In this document: one piece after another, positions 20,344 through 31,212 of the stretch
Position numbering within the stretch: the stretch's first letter is position 1
Layout of the letters: each line of letters starts with the position of its first letter
Origin: an uncultured Alphaproteobacteria bacterium
Lineage (GTDB): Bacteria > Pseudomonadota > Alphaproteobacteria > Rhizobiales > Methyloligellaceae
DNA: 64,000 nt
Reading direction: 5' to 3'
Assembly: GCA_963821255.1 (NCBI GenBank)
Contig: CAWGCX010000006.1
Span: 94,343-158,342 of the forward strand
Translations under genes and position numbers: made by a program
Notes under the pieces: model-generated
The model's input: only the letters and a program-made list of their open reading frames with translations
The model's database searches: none
What the model was told of the DNA's origin: nothing

Positions 20344-21015
20344 TTGCGGCTTCTCGTCATCGAGGACGATCCTGACCTTAACCGCCAGCTCGTCGCCGCG
20401 CTGAGCGATGCCGGCTACGCCGTCGACGCCGCGTTCGACGGCGAGGAGGGACACTTCCTCGGCGACACCGAGCCCTACGATGCCGTCGTGCTCGATCTCG
20501 GGCTGCCCAAGAAGGACGGCTTGAGCGTGCTCGAGCAGTGGCGGCGCGACGACCGGACGATGCCGGTGCTCATCCTCACCGCGCGCGAGCGCTGGAGCGA
20601 CAAGGTTGCCGGCATGGACGCCGGTGCCGACGACTATGTCGCCAAGCCCTTCCACATGGAAGAAGTGCTGGCGCGCCTGCGCGCCCTGCTCCGCCGCTCG
20701 GCGGGGCATGCGCGCAACGAAATGGAATGCGGGCCGCTCAGGCTCGACACCAAGACCGCGCGCGTGACGGTCGACGGAGCGGCCGTCAAGCTCACCAGTC
20801 ATGAGTATCGCGTGCTGCACTATCTCATGCTGCACCGCGACCGCGTGGTCTCGCGCACCGAGCTCGTCGAGCATCTCTACGAGCAGGACTTCGACCGCGA
20901 CTCCAACACGGTCGAAGTGTTCATCGGGCGCTTGCGCAAGAAACTCCCCGTAGACCTCATCAAGACCGTCCGAGGGCTCGGCTACCGCCTCTCGGACAGC
21001 GAAGATGGGGCGTAA
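20344..21015 (+). CDS. OmpR-family response regulator
   Basis: Receiver domain (LLVIEDD...VVLDLGLPKKDG...ILTAR...GADDYVAKPF) plus winged-helix output (LTSHEYRVLHYLM...VRGLGYRL). TTG start. Confidence 0.92.
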   Translation: MRLLVIEDDPDLNRQLVAALSDAGYAVDAAFDGEEGHFLGDTEPYDAVVLDLGLPKKDGLSVLEQWRRDDRTMPVLILTARERWSDKVAGMDAGADDYVAKPFHMEEVLARLRALLRRSAGHARNEMECGPLRLDTKTARVTVDGAAVKLTSHEYRVLHYLMLHRDRVVSRTELVEHLYEQDFDRDSNTVEVFIGRLRKKLPVDLIKTVRGLGYRLSDSEDGA

Positions 21016-22369
21016 CTCTCTCGCCTTCCGGCTGTTCGTCTCGGCCGTGGCCTTGACCCTCTTGGTCGTGCCTGCCGCGGCTATCCTCCTTTCCTCCCTC
21101 TATCGCCAGGCCGTCGAGCGCAATTTCGACGCGCGGCTCAACGTCTATCTTACGAGCCTGGTCGCCTCTTCCACGGAAGACGTCACGACGGGCACGCCCA
21201 AGGAGCCCGCGGGCCTCAACGAGCCGGCGTTCAGGATCCCGTTCTCCGGCTGGTACTGGCAGATCAAGCCACTCACCGCCGAGCGCCCCCTCTTCATCTC
21301 CGACTCCCTCCTCGACCAGCAGCTCACCCTCCCCAGTCAAATCGGCGTCGAGCCTGATGAGACGCGGACACGGCGCGCCTATGCGCCGGGCCCAGAGCAT
21401 CAGCGCCTCCGCATCGTGGAGCGCGAGATCAGGCCGGGCGGTCCGAACTCCACGCCGTATTCCTATGCGATTGCGGGCGATGGAAGCGAGATCGACACCG
21501 ATCTTGCCTGGTTCACCACCATGCTGATCGCGGCGCTTGGCCTGCTCAGTCTTGGCCTCGTGCTGGCGACGCTGTTCCAGGTGCGGTTCGGGCTCGCGCC
21601 CTTGCGCGCCATCCGCCACGACCTCGCGGCGATCCGCTCCGGCCAAGCCGAAAGCCTCGAAGGCGAGATTCCCGACGAGATCAGGCCGCTCCAGCAGGAA
21701 CTCAACGCGCTGATCCAGTCGAACCGCGAGATCGTCGAGCGCGCGCGCACCCATGTCGGCAATCTCGCGCATGCGCTGAAGACGCCGCTCAGCGTGATCT
21801 CCAACGAAGCGCGCCACCAGGAGGGCCCGCTCGCCGCCAAGGTCATCGAGCAGGCCGAGATCATGCGTACGCAGATCACGCATCATCTCGACCGCGCGCG
21901 CGTGGCGGCACGCTCAAGCGTGATCGGCGACGCGACCGAAGTCGAGGCCGTGCTCAGCGCGCTGAAGCGGACGCTCGACCGAATCTACGGAGAGCGCGGG
22001 CTCGATCTCGAAGTGACCTCCGCCCCGGGGCTAAAGTTCCAGGGCGAGAAGCAGGACTTGGAGGAGATGGTCGGCAACCTGCTCGACAATGCCTGCAAAT
22101 GGGCGAGTTGGAAGGTCAAGGCGTCGGCCGAGAAGGGGCGCAGGTCCGGCACTTTCACGGTCACGGTCGATGACGACGGCCCGGGCCTTTCGGAAGAGGA
22201 CCGGGCGCGGGCGATGAAGCGCGGTCAGCGGCTCGACGAGAGCAAGCCGGGCTCGGGCTTCGGCCTCTCCATCGTGGCCGACCTCGCTCATCTATATAAG
22301 GGCAAGTTCGAATTAGAGCCGTCGCCCGAAGGGGGCTTGCGCGCGCGGCTCGAACTGCCCGCCGCCTGA
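21005..22369 (+). CDS. Sensor histidine kinase partner (two TM, HAMP, HisKA, HATPase)
   Basis: HVGNLAHALKTPLSVI H-box, NLLDNACKW, DDDGPGL and GSGFGLSIV. It overlaps the response regulator stop by 11 nt. Confidence 0.9.
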   Translation: MGRNSLAFRLFVSAVALTLLVVPAAAILLSSLYRQAVERNFDARLNVYLTSLVASSTEDVTTGTPKEPAGLNEPAFRIPFSGWYWQIKPLTAERPLFISDSLLDQQLTLPSQIGVEPDETRTRRAYAPGPEHQRLRIVEREIRPGGPNSTPYSYAIAGDGSEIDTDLAWFTTMLIAALGLLSLGLVLATLFQVRFGLAPLRAIRHDLAAIRSGQAESLEGEIPDEIRPLQQELNALIQSNREIVERARTHVGNLAHALKTPLSVISNEARHQEGPLAAKVIEQAEIMRTQITHHLDRARVAARSSVIGDATEVEAVLSALKRTLDRIYGERGLDLEVTSAPGLKFQGEKQDLEEMVGNLLDNACKWASWKVKASAEKGRRSGTFTVTVDDDGPGLSEEDRARAMKRGQRLDESKPGSGFGLSIVADLAHLYKGKFELEPSPEGGLRARLELPAA

Positions 22370-22507
22370 TTTCCGCGGATTTTCCGGGCGCAACGTATTT
22401 TGGCCAGAATTGTTATTTGTTAAGGGTAGGCTGAGACGATTAGAATGCTCTCAGTCTCGCACTCGGGGGCAAGGCCTTGAGGGCCGGCCCGCGGTAGGGG
22501 GGTACCG

Positions 22508-22972
22508 ATGAGACTAGCGCCGATTTTCGCTATCGCTCTATTGGTGGGGGTGACGGCGTGCGGGCCCGGCAACAAACAGGGCACCGGCACGATTCTCGGC
22601 GCCACCGGCGGCGCGATCGCGGGCGCCGCGATCGGCGGCGGAGGAAGCGGACGTTATGTAGGCGCTGGTATCGGCGCCGTGGTCGGCGGTATCCTCGGCA
22701 ATGAGATTGGCCGCAGCATGGATGAGCGCGATCGCCAGATGGCGGCGGCGGCCGAATACCGGGCGCTGGAATATGGCCAGCCCGGCGTGCCGACGAGCTG
22801 GGACAATCCGAACTCGCAATATCGCGGGCAGATCGTGCCCGGAAGGCCTTACCAGCAGGGCGGCTCGCATTGCCGGCCCTATACGCACACGATCTATATC
22901 AGCGGACAGCCGCAGACCGTCCGCGGCACGGCCTGCCGCAATCCCGACGGAACCTGGCAGACCGTCGGTTAG
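22508..22972 (+). CDS. Outer-membrane lipoprotein, glycine-zipper / 17-kDa surface antigen-like
   Basis: Lipobox LLVGVTAC, glycine zipper GATGGAIAGAAIGGGGSG..GAGIGAVVGGILG, and a C-terminal ...CRPYTHTIYISGQPQTVRGTACRNPDGTWQ domain. Confidence 0.8.
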   Translation: MRLAPIFAIALLVGVTACGPGNKQGTGTILGATGGAIAGAAIGGGGSGRYVGAGIGAVVGGILGNEIGRSMDERDRQMAAAAEYRALEYGQPGVPTSWDNPNSQYRGQIVPGRPYQQGGSHCRPYTHTIYISGQPQTVRGTACRNPDGTWQTVG

Positions 22973-23094
22973 AGCCCGCTACTTCCGCGCAGATTGCCCG
23001 GAATTAATCTTGCGCGACGCGCTGAGCGCTTGCCCCTCAATGCGCCATTTCCTATGCCTAGCCTTCCATTGGCGATTGGAGGCTTGCGGCTCCA

Positions 23095-24237
23095 GTGTTG
23101 CTTTGGCTCATCCTTGCCTGCCTCACGGCGATCGTCCTACTCGTGTTGCTGCGCCCGCTCGCGCGCGAGAGCGAGGGCGACGCGACAGAAGCCGCGTCTT
23201 CCGCGCGCGAGGGCTTCGACGCGGCCGTCTATCGCGACCAGCTTGCCGAGATCGACGCCGACCGCGCGCGGGGCCTGATCGGCGAGGCGGAGGCGGAGGC
23301 CGCGCGAATCGAGATTGCGCGCCGGCTGCTCGCGACTGACGGCAAGGCGCGCGCATCCGCGGGCGCACAGCGCGAGGGTGCAACTTCGCGCGCGGCCCTG
23401 ATCGGCGTTACGGCGCTGCTGCCGCTGGTCGCGCTCGGCTTCTACCTCTCCTACGGCTCTCCCGGACTTCCTGACCAGCCGCTTGCTTTGCGCCTCAAAG
23501 ATCCCGCGAACGAGCAGAACATCGCCGCGCTCGTCGCCCGCGTGGAGGCGCGGCTCCGCGAGCATCCCGAAGATGGCGAAGGCTGGGACGTGATCGCGCC
23601 GGTCTATCTCGGCTGGCGGCGTTATGGCGATGCGGCCAATGCCTACGAGCAGGCCATCCGGCTGCTCGGTCCCTCGGCCTCTCGGCTCTCCGGCCTCGGC
23701 CAGGCGGTCGTGCTCAAGAACGACGGCGTGGTGACGGAGGAAGCGCGGCGTGCGCTCGAGCGCGCGCTCACGCTCGACAAGACGCTGCTCGAGCCGCGCA
23801 TTCTTCTGTCCATCGCCAAAGAGCAGGACGGCAAGTTCGCGGAAGCCGTCGAGGCTTGGCGCGCGCTGCTTCAGATGGCCGACACGAATGCGCCGTGGCG
23901 CGAGATGGTCGAGCAGCGCATCGCGCTCGCCGAAACCAAGCGCGACGGGAAGCCCTTGCCGCAACCGAGCGCGCAAGACGTCGCCGCGGCGGAAGCCATG
24001 AGCCCCGCCGAGCGCCAGGCGATGATCGAGAGCATGGTGCAGGGCCTAGCGGCGCGGCTCGAGACACAAGGCGACGATCTGCCAGGTTGGCTGAAGCTCG
24101 TGCGCGCCTATAGCGTGCTTGATCGCAAGGACGAGGCGACGAAGGCGCTTGCGCGCGCCAAGAGCCAGTTCACCGGCAACGCGGCGGCGATCCGAGAACT
24201 CGATGCGCTCGCGGCTGAGCTTGGGCTGAAATCATGA
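23095..24237 (+). CDS. ccmI: Cytochrome c-type biogenesis protein CcmI (CycH)
   Basis: N-terminal TM helix, the [17 protein letters not shown] motif, a second TM helix, a TPR-like C-terminus, and its position ahead of ccmE. GTG start. Confidence 0.85.
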   Translation: MLLWLILACLTAIVLLVLLRPLARESEGDATEAASSAREGFDAAVYRDQLAEIDADRARGLIGEAEAEAARIEIARRLLATDGKARASAGAQREGATSRAALIGVTALLPLVALGFYLSYGSPGLPDQPLALRLKDPANEQNIAALVARVEARLREHPEDGEGWDVIAPVYLGWRRYGDAANAYEQAIRLLGPSASRLSGLGQAVVLKNDGVVTEEARRALERALTLDKTLLEPRILLSIAKEQDGKFAEAVEAWRALLQMADTNAPWREMVEQRIALAETKRDGKPLPQPSAQDVAAAEAMSPAERQAMIESMVQGLAARLETQGDDLPGWLKLVRAYSVLDRKDEATKALARAKSQFTGNAAAIRELDALAAELGLKS

Positions 24238-24683
24238 CGCGGAAGCAGCGGAGAAGCGTGCTGATCGGCACTTCGCTTGCGGTGCTCACAGCTGCCGTGG
24301 GACTCGTGCTCTACGCCATGCGCAACTCGATCGTCTTCTTCTATACGCCGAGCGAAGTCGCCAAGATGGAGATCGCGCCGGGCCAGCGCTTCCGGCTCGG
24401 CGGACTTGTGGACAAAGACAGCGTCGTGCGCGGGGAGGGGACATCCGTCCGCTTCGCCATCACCGACATGACCAAGACCCTGCCCGTCACCTATGAGGGC
24501 GTGCTCCCCGACCTGTTCCGCGAGGAGCAGGGTGTGGTCGCAGAAGGGACGCTCGCGGCCGACGGCATTTTCCATGCCGACAGCGTGCTCGCCAAGCACG
24601 ATGAGAACTACATGCCGCCGGAGGTCGCCAAGAAGCTGAAAGAGCAGGGGGTGTGGAAGGGCGAGGGGGACGCGGGCGGATGA
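24234..24683 (+). CDS. ccmE: Cytochrome c maturation heme chaperone CcmE
   Basis: RFRLGGLV...[15 protein letters not shown]...[14 protein letters not shown] (heme-binding His). ATGA overlap with ccmI. Confidence 0.95.
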   Translation: MTRKQRRSVLIGTSLAVLTAAVGLVLYAMRNSIVFFYTPSEVAKMEIAPGQRFRLGGLVDKDSVVRGEGTSVRFAITDMTKTLPVTYEGVLPDLFREEQGVVAEGTLAADGIFHADSVLAKHDENYMPPEVAKKLKEQGVWKGEGDAGG

Positions 24684-26669
24684 TCGCCGAGACCGGGCAT
24701 TACGCGCTGATCCTCGCACTCGCCGTCGCGATCGTGCAGACAGTGCTGCCGCTGATCGGCACGCGCACGCGCGATCCACAGCTTGCGGCGACAGCCGTGC
24801 CCGCCGCGCAGCTCCAATTCATCCTGATCGCCATCGCCTTCATCGCGCTGACCACGGCCTATGTGACCTCGGACTTCTCGGTGCAGAATGTCTGGCAGAA
24901 CTCGCACTCCGCGAAGCCGCTGATCTACAAAATCTCGGGCGTGTGGGGGAATCACGAAGGCTCGATGGTGCTCTGGGTGCTGATCCTCGCTCTGTTCGGG
25001 GCCGCGGTCGCAACCTTCGGCACGAATCTGCCGCGCGAGCTCAAGGCCAACGTGCTCGCGGTGCAGGGCTCGATCGCCGCGGCGTTTCTCCTTTTTATCA
25101 TCACCACGTCGAACCCTTTCACGCGGCTCGACCCAGCGCCGTTCGACGGGCAGGGGCTAAACCCGATCCTGCAAGACCTCGCGCTCGCCATCCACCCGCC
25201 CTTCCTCTATGCCGGCTATGTCGGCTTCTCCATGGCGTTCTCCTTCGCCGTAGCGGCGCTCCTCTCGGGGCGCATCGACGCGGCCTGGGCGCGGTGGGTG
25301 AGGCCCTGGACGCTCGCCGCCTGGATGTGCCTCACGCTCGGCATCGCGCTCGGCTCGTGGTGGGCCTATTACGAGCTCGGCTGGGGCGGGTTCTGGTTCT
25401 GGGACCCGGTGGAGAACGCCTCCTTCATGCCGTGGCTCGCGGGCACGGCACTTTTGCACTCGGCGCTCGTCATGGAGAAGCGCGACGCGCTGAAGGTCTG
25501 GACCATCCTTCTCGCCATCATCACCTTCTCGCTCTCGCTGATGGGCACGTTCCTGGTGCGCTCCGGCGTGCTGACGAGCGTGCATGCCTTCGCGGTCGAT
25601 CCCGCGCGCGGCGTGTTCATCCTGATGATCATGGGTGTGTTCATCGGCGGAGCGCTCACGCTCTTCGCGTGGCGGGCGCCGCTCCTTTCGCAAGGCGGAT
25701 TGTTCGCCCCGATCAGCCGCGAGGGTGCGCTCGTGCTGAACAACCTTCTGCTGACGACCGCCTGTGCCGCCGTGCTGGTCGGCACGCTCTATCCGCTCGC
25801 GCTTGAGGCGATCACGGGCGACAAGATCTCGGTCGGCGCCCCGTTCTTCAATCTCACCTTCGTGCCGCTGATCGTGCCGCTGCTTCTCGCGGTGCCGTTC
25901 GGGCCGCTGCTCGCGTGGAAGCGCGGCGACCTGCTCGCCGCCGCGCAACGGCTCACCGCAGCGGCGGTGGTGTCGCTTGCGGTCGTGATCCTGCTGCTCG
26001 CGGTCTACCGGAAGGGGCCATGGCTTGCGCCGCTCGGCATCGGCCTCGGCGTCTGGCTGATCGCCGGCGCGCTCACCGAGATCGGCTATCGCGTCAAAAC
26101 TCACCGACGCCTCGTGGGGCGAAATTTGGCGGCGCTTGCGCAACCTGCCGCGCGCCTCGTACGGCTCGGCGCTTGCGCATGCGGGGCTTGGGCTCACGGT
26201 GATCGGCATCGTCGCCACCACGGCGTGGCGGTCCGAGGCGATCCTCTCGCTGAAGCCCGGCGACACCGCCGAGATCGCGGGTTACAGCCTCCTGTTCGAG
26301 GGCGTGGCGCCGCACCAGGGACCGAACTACCGTGAACGCGTGCGGCGAAGATTCAAGGTCACGCGCAACGATCGCGAAATCACGGTGCTTCAGCCGTCAA
26401 AGCGCGAGTTCATGATCGAGCAGAGCGGCACGACCGAGGCCGGCATCCATGCGAGCTGGCGCGGCGACCTCTACGCCGTGCTCGGCGATTCCCTGAAGGA
26501 CGGTGCCTACAGCGTCCGCCTCTATTTCAACCCGTTGGTCCGCCTGATCTGGCTCGGCGCGCTGATCATGTTCCTGGGCGGGGCAGTGTCCCTTTCCGAC
26601 CGGCGCTTGCGGGTCGGCGCGCCGAAGCGGGCTGCCGCCAAGCCAGCCCCCATCGCGGCGGGCGAGTGA
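24680..26669 (+). pseudogene. ccmF: Cytochrome c heme lyase subunit CcmF, reading frame broken once near 26096-26100
   Basis: WGGFWFWDPVENAS (WWD motif) and multiple TM helices. The N-terminal about 470 aa are in frame 2. The C-terminal ...LTDASWGEIWRRLRNLPRASYGSALAHAGLGLTVIGI... continues in frame 0. The switch is at the caaaac run. Confidence 0.9.
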
Positions 26670-27148
26670 CCATGACCCCGCGCCGCCTTTTTTCTTCCCT
26701 TCTGCTTGCCGCCACGCTTCTCGCGGCAGCGCCCGCCGCCGCGGTGCAGCCCGACGAGGTGCTGCAGGACCCCGCGCTCGAAGCGCGCGCCCGTGCCATC
26801 TCCGCAAATCTCCGCTGCCTCGTCTGCCAGAATCAATCGATCGACGATTCGGACGCGCCGCTCGCCAAGGATTTGCGGCTGCTCGTGCGCGAGCGGCTGA
26901 AGGCGGGCGACGGCGACCCCGAGATCGTCGACTTCGTGGTCGCGCGCTACGGCGAGTTCGTGCTGCTCAAGCCCCGGCTTTCCCCCCAAACCTTGATTCT
27001 GTGGTTCGCTACGCCCGCTCTTTTCCTCGCCGCGCTTGCCGGCATCGCGCTAGCCTTGAGGCGGCGGAAATCGGCTGCCGCCGCGCCCGCGCCGCTCAGC
27101 CGCGAGGAGAAACGCCGGCTGAAGCAAATCCTCGAAAAACCGGAGTGA
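26666..27148 (+). CDS. ccmH: Cytochrome c-type biogenesis protein CcmH (CycL)
   Basis: Signal peptide, [19 protein letters not shown] (CxxC), and a C-terminal TM helix. Confidence 0.92.
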   Translation: MTMTPRRLFSSLLLAATLLAAAPAAAVQPDEVLQDPALEARARAISANLRCLVCQNQSIDDSDAPLAKDLRLLVRERLKAGDGDPEIVDFVVARYGEFVLLKPRLSPQTLILWFATPALFLAALAGIALALRRRKSAAAAPAPLSREEKRRLKQILEKPE

Positions 27149-27447
27149 CGCGCCGAAGCGGCGCGCCGTCGAGGGCAATCTGGCCCTTCGATCCGCTCAA
27201 ACACGGAATTCATTTGATATCAAGGTCGTGGAGGACCGGGCGAATCTGGCCCGTGATGGCGCCTCCCTCTCTTCCAAGGCCGAGCGGAAGGCCTACATTT
27301 TCAGGCGTCGGAACCTTACTTAAATTTAATGCCGCCGAAACGGCTGCGTTAGTCGCGAACCCCTATATCTGTTCCCCGGAAGCCTCGCTCCTCACCGACG
27401 CAAGGCTGAGTTCTAACGGGATTTTTCATCTCAGGAGAGAGGTAATC

Positions 27448-29001
27448 ATGACCCCTGACCAGAGCCATGCCGCGAACCCGAGCGCAGGCAAGCGGACGCT
27501 GACCCGCAAGCCGGTGCTCTTGGCGGCTGCCGCCCTGATCGCCACGAGCGCATTAGGGCTGACGCTCGGCAACGGCATTCCGTTCGCCATCGCCGAGACC
27601 CCCCAGACCCAGACCGTTCAGACGCCCCTTGGCCCTGCGCCGATCTCCTTCGCCGATCTCGTGCAGAAGGTGAGCCCCGCCGTGGTCAGCATCAACGTCA
27701 AGGGCGATACCAAGGTCGCCGAGAACGACCAGCAGATCCCGGGCCTTCCCGACCTGCCCGAGGACAACCCGCTCTACGATTTCTTCAAGCAGTTCCGCAA
27801 AGGCATGCCCGGCGCGCCGGCGAAGCCTTCGCCGAGCCTTGCTCAGGGCTCCGGCTTCCTCATCTCGTCCGACGGCTTCGTCGTGACCAACAATCACGTG
27901 GTCGAAGAGGCAGAGGAAGTCACGGTAACGATGGAAGACGGAACGAAATATCCCGCCACCATGGTGGGCTCCGATCCGCGCACCGACGTGGCCCTGCTCA
28001 AGGTCAAGGCCGACGGCAAGACCTTCCCGTTTGTCGAGTTCTCGGGCAACGACCCGCGGGTCGGCGATTGGGTGCTCGCCGTGGGCAACCCGTTCGGCCT
28101 CGGCGGAACGGTGACGGCCGGCATCATCTCGGCGCATAACCGCGACATTGGCTCAGGCCCCTACGACTATCTCCAGATCGACGCCGCGGTGAACCGCGGC
28201 AATTCCGGCGGCCCGAGCTTCGGCCTCGACGGCAAGGTGGTCGGCATGAACACCGCCATCTTCTCTCCGTCGGGCGGCAATGTCGGCATCGCGTTCGCGG
28301 TGCCTGCGGCCCTCGTCAAGGAAGTCGTCGGCAAGCTGCAGACCTCCGGCACCGTCGATCGCGGCTGGCTCGGCGTCGTCATCCAGAACGTCTCCGACGA
28401 CATCGCCGACTCGATCGGTCTCGCCGAGGCCAAGGGCGCCATGGTCACCAAGGTGACCGAGGACGGCCCGGCGGCCAAGGAGGACCTCAAGGCCGGCGAC
28501 GTGATCGTCGAGGTGAACGGCGAGAAGATCGAGGACTCGCGCGACCTTGCTCGCAAGATCGCCGAGCTCACGCCCAACACCGACGTCAAGCTCGCAATCG
28601 TCCGCTACGGCGAGAAGAAGGAAGTCGACATGAAGCTCGGCACCTTCCCGAGCGGCAAGAAGCTCGCCTCGCTCGAGGAGGACAAGCCTGAAACCGGCCA
28701 AGAGATGAAAGATCTCGGCCTCTCGCTCGCGCCCGCCGCCAAGTTCCCGGGCGCCGGCGAGGAGGGCGTGGTCATCACCGAGGTCGATCCCGCGAGCGAT
28801 GCCGCCGAGAAGGGCCTCAAGCCCGGCGACGTCATTCTCCAGGTGGCCGGTGTGGACGTGGCCAATCCCGGTGACGTCGCCCAAGGCGTCAAGAAGGCGA
28901 TGGACGGCGCCAAGGCCGACAAGGACACGGTCAAGGTGCTGATGCAAGTCAAGTCCGGCGACCAGATGCGCTTCGTGGCGCTTTCCCTGAAGAAGGCTTA
29001 A
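27448..29001 (+). CDS. degP: Periplasmic serine endoprotease DegP/HtrA (Do family, two PDZ domains)
   Basis: AGGAGAGAGG lies ahead of the ATG at 27448. Triad contexts TNNHV, DVALLKV and GNSGGP, plus two PDZ-like segments. The 666-aa track ORF has a non-coding-looking N-terminal extension. Confidence 0.93.
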   Translation: MTPDQSHAANPSAGKRTLTRKPVLLAAAALIATSALGLTLGNGIPFAIAETPQTQTVQTPLGPAPISFADLVQKVSPAVVSINVKGDTKVAENDQQIPGLPDLPEDNPLYDFFKQFRKGMPGAPAKPSPSLAQGSGFLISSDGFVVTNNHVVEEAEEVTVTMEDGTKYPATMVGSDPRTDVALLKVKADGKTFPFVEFSGNDPRVGDWVLAVGNPFGLGGTVTAGIISAHNRDIGSGPYDYLQIDAAVNRGNSGGPSFGLDGKVVGMNTAIFSPSGGNVGIAFAVPAALVKEVVGKLQTSGTVDRGWLGVVIQNVSDDIADSIGLAEAKGAMVTKVTEDGPAAKEDLKAGDVIVEVNGEKIEDSRDLARKIAELTPNTDVKLAIVRYGEKKEVDMKLGTFPSGKKLASLEEDKPETGQEMKDLGLSLAPAAKFPGAGEEGVVITEVDPASDAAEKGLKPGDVILQVAGVDVANPGDVAQGVKKAMDGAKADKDTVKVLMQVKSGDQMRFVALSLKKA

Positions 29002-29019
29002 TCGGCCTTCTACGCCGGA

Positions 29020-29060
29020 GGGCGGCGCGGTTTCCCCCCACCGCGCCGCCCGCCCCTTTT
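29020..29060 (+). terminator. Rho-independent terminator after degP
   Basis: 12-bp GC stem gggcggcgcggt / accgcgccgccc with loop ttcccccc, followed by gcccctttt. Confidence 0.75.
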
Positions 29061-29084
29061 CCGCCGCCACAGGAGATCCGGGCC

Positions 29085-29765
29085 ATGCGCGTTCTGGTGA
29101 TCGAGGACGACCAAGAAACCGCATCTTTCCTCAGGCGCGCGCTTAAGGAGTCCGGCCATGTCGCCGAATATGCCGGCGACGGCCAGACCGGTCTCGACCT
29201 CGCTCGCGCCAATGCCTTCGACGTCCTGATCGTCGACCGCATGCTCCCGAAATGCGACGGCCTCTCGGTGATCCAGAAGCTGCGGGCCGAGGAGATCAGA
29301 ACGCCCGCTCTCATCCTTTCGGCACTCGGCGAGGTTGACGACAGGGTCAAGGGCCTGCGCGCGGGCGGCGACGACTACCTCACCAAGCCTTATGCGTTCA
29401 GCGAGCTGCTCGCCCGCATCGAGGCGCTTGCCAGGCGCACCTCGCCCGAGGAGGGCTCCACCCGTCTCGTGGTCGGCGATCTCGTGCTCGACCGGCTATC
29501 GCACAAGGTGACGCGCGCGGGTGAAGCCATTATGTTGCAGCCGCGTGAGTTCCGCCTGCTCGAATATCTGATGAAGCATGCAGGTCAGGTGGTGACGCGC
29601 ACCATGCTGCTCGAGAACGTCTGGGACTATCACTTCGACCCGCAGACCAATGTCATCGACGTCCATATCTCGCGGCTTAGGTCCAAGATCGACAAGAATT
29701 TCGGAAGCCCTCTCCTCCATACGGTCCGGGGCGCCGGATATTCCATCCGTGACAGCGCTCAGTAA
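29085..29765 (+). CDS. OmpR-family response regulator (CpxR-like position next to degP)
   Basis: Receiver domain (VLVIEDD...LIVDRMLPKCDG...GGDDYLTKPY) plus winged helix (LQPREFRLLEYLM...VRGAGYSI). Confidence 0.92.
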   Translation: MRVLVIEDDQETASFLRRALKESGHVAEYAGDGQTGLDLARANAFDVLIVDRMLPKCDGLSVIQKLRAEEIRTPALILSALGEVDDRVKGLRAGGDDYLTKPYAFSELLARIEALARRTSPEEGSTRLVVGDLVLDRLSHKVTRAGEAIMLQPREFRLLEYLMKHAGQVVTRTMLLENVWDYHFDPQTNVIDVHISRLRSKIDKNFGSPLLHTVRGAGYSIRDSAQ

Positions 29766-31212
29766 GCTCTTCCGGACCACCGCCTTTCGCTTATCGCTGA
29801 CTTACCTTGCGCTGTTCAGCGCAGCCGCCATCGTGGCGATGTTCTACATCTATTGGAACACCACGGTGCTGCTGCAGCGGCAGCTCAGCGAGACGATCGA
29901 CGCGGAGCTGCAGGGCCTTGCCGAGCAGTACAAGGCGGGCCGGCTCGATCAGCTGATCCGCACCGTGGCTGACCGGTCGCGCACGCCCGGCAACAGCCTC
30001 TATCTCGTCGCCGACAAGGATGGGCGGCGGCTCGCCGGCAATCTCACAGCCGTGTCGCCGCAGCTCTGGAACAGCCTCGGGCCGGTCGAATTCGCCTATC
30101 GCCGCCCGGCGGAAGGCGGCACGGAGCGGCGTCTCGCCTTCGCCAACGTGTTCCGCCTGCCGGACGGGTACCGGCTGATCGTCGGCCGCGACATCGAGGA
30201 CCGCAGGGTGCTCGCGCGCACCATCCGCTCCGCCATGCTGTGGGGCCTCGGCGTCATAGCACTGTTCGGCATCGGCGGCGGCGTCTGGGTGAGCCGCAAG
30301 CTGCTCGCGCGCATCGATGCGGTGTCGGCCACGACGCGAACGATCATGGAGGGCGACCTCACCGGCCGCCTGCCGGTCAACGGCTCGGGCGACGAGCTCG
30401 ACCGCCTGTCGGAAAGCCTCAACCTCATGCTCGCGCGCATCGAGCAGCTGATGGCGGGCTTGCGCGAGGTGTCCGACAATATCGCGCACGACCTCAAGAC
30501 GCCGCTCAATCGCCTGCGCAACCGTGTTGAGGCGGCGTTGCGCGAGCCTGATGGCGACGGTCCGATCTATCGCGAGGCGCTCGAGCGGACCATCGAAGAG
30601 GCCGACGGGCTGATCAAAACCTTCAACGCGCTGCTTTCCATCGCGCGGCTCGAAGCCGGGGCCGGCGGCGAGAACCGCGAGACGCTCGACGTCTCCGGGC
30701 TCGTCCGCGACGTGGCCGAGCTTTACGAGCCCGTCGCCGAGGAGCGCGGGCTTGCGCTTCGCTGCGAGACAAGCGAGCCCATCCGCGTTCACGCCGACCG
30801 GCAGTTGCTCGGCCAGGCCATCGCCAATCTTATCGACAACGCCATCAAATACGGCGCGCCGGAGGCCGGCAAATCCGGCAACGGCACCGAGCCCGAGGTC
30901 GCGGTGAGCGCGCGGGCGCGGGGGGCCATGGCGGAGATTGCTGTCAGCGACCGCGGGCCGGGCGTCCCGGCCGCCGAGCGGGAGCGGGTGCTTGACCGCT
31001 TCGTGCGCCTGGAAGCCAGCCGGTCTGAGCCCGGCAGCGGGCTTGGTTTGAGCCTTGTCGCGGCGGTGGCGAGGCTGCATGGTGGCAGCTTGCGGCTCGA
31101 GGACAACGATCCGGGCCTCCGTGTCGTCCTCACCGTGCCGGTCGAGGCCGAGGCGCATGTCAACGGGGCGGCGCAGAACGCGACCGCGGGAGCAGAGATC
31201 AGGCCCACGTGA
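29749..31212 (+). CDS. Sensor histidine kinase partner (two TM, HAMP, HisKA, HATPase)
   Basis: GTG at 29749 overlaps the response regulator stop. H-box VSDNIAHDLKTPLNRL, NLIDNAIKY, DRGPGV and GSGLGLSLV. Confidence 0.88.
   Translation: MTALSKLFRTTAFRLSLTYLALFSAAAIVAMFYIYWNTTVLLQRQLSETIDAELQGLAEQYKAGRLDQLIRTVADRSRTPGNSLYLVADKDGRRLAGNLTAVSPQLWNSLGPVEFAYRRPAEGGTERRLAFANVFRLPDGYRLIVGRDIEDRRVLARTIRSAMLWGLGVIALFGIGGGVWVSRKLLARIDAVSATTRTIMEGDLTGRLPVNGSGDELDRLSESLNLMLARIEQLMAGLREVSDNIAHDLKTPLNRLRNRVEAALREPDGDGPIYREALERTIEEADGLIKTFNALLSIARLEAGAGGENRETLDVSGLVRDVAELYEPVAEERGLALRCETSEPIRVHADRQLLGQAIANLIDNAIKYGAPEAGKSGNGTEPEVAVSARARGAMAEIAVSDRGPGVPAAERERVLDRFVRLEASRSEPGSGLGLSLVAAVARLHGGSLRLEDNDPGLRVVLTVPVEAEAHVNGAAQNATAGAEIRPT

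Noticed and set aside
26136-26669. Treating the 177-codon ORF as an independent gene (a separate C-terminal CcmF-like protein starting at TTG 26136).
   Set aside because: There is no ribosome-binding site, and the frame is open upstream to 26061. That upstream translation (LTDASWGEIWRR) continues the CcmF sequence. It is better explained as the downstream part of a frame-broken ccmF.
27310-27370. Possible stress-sigma promoter (GGAAC... and CCCTATAT) upstream of degP.
   Set aside because: The GGAAC box is not followed by CGTT at 16-17 nt. The CCTATAT box lacks a CTTG element at the appropriate distance. This is not supportable without transcription start data.
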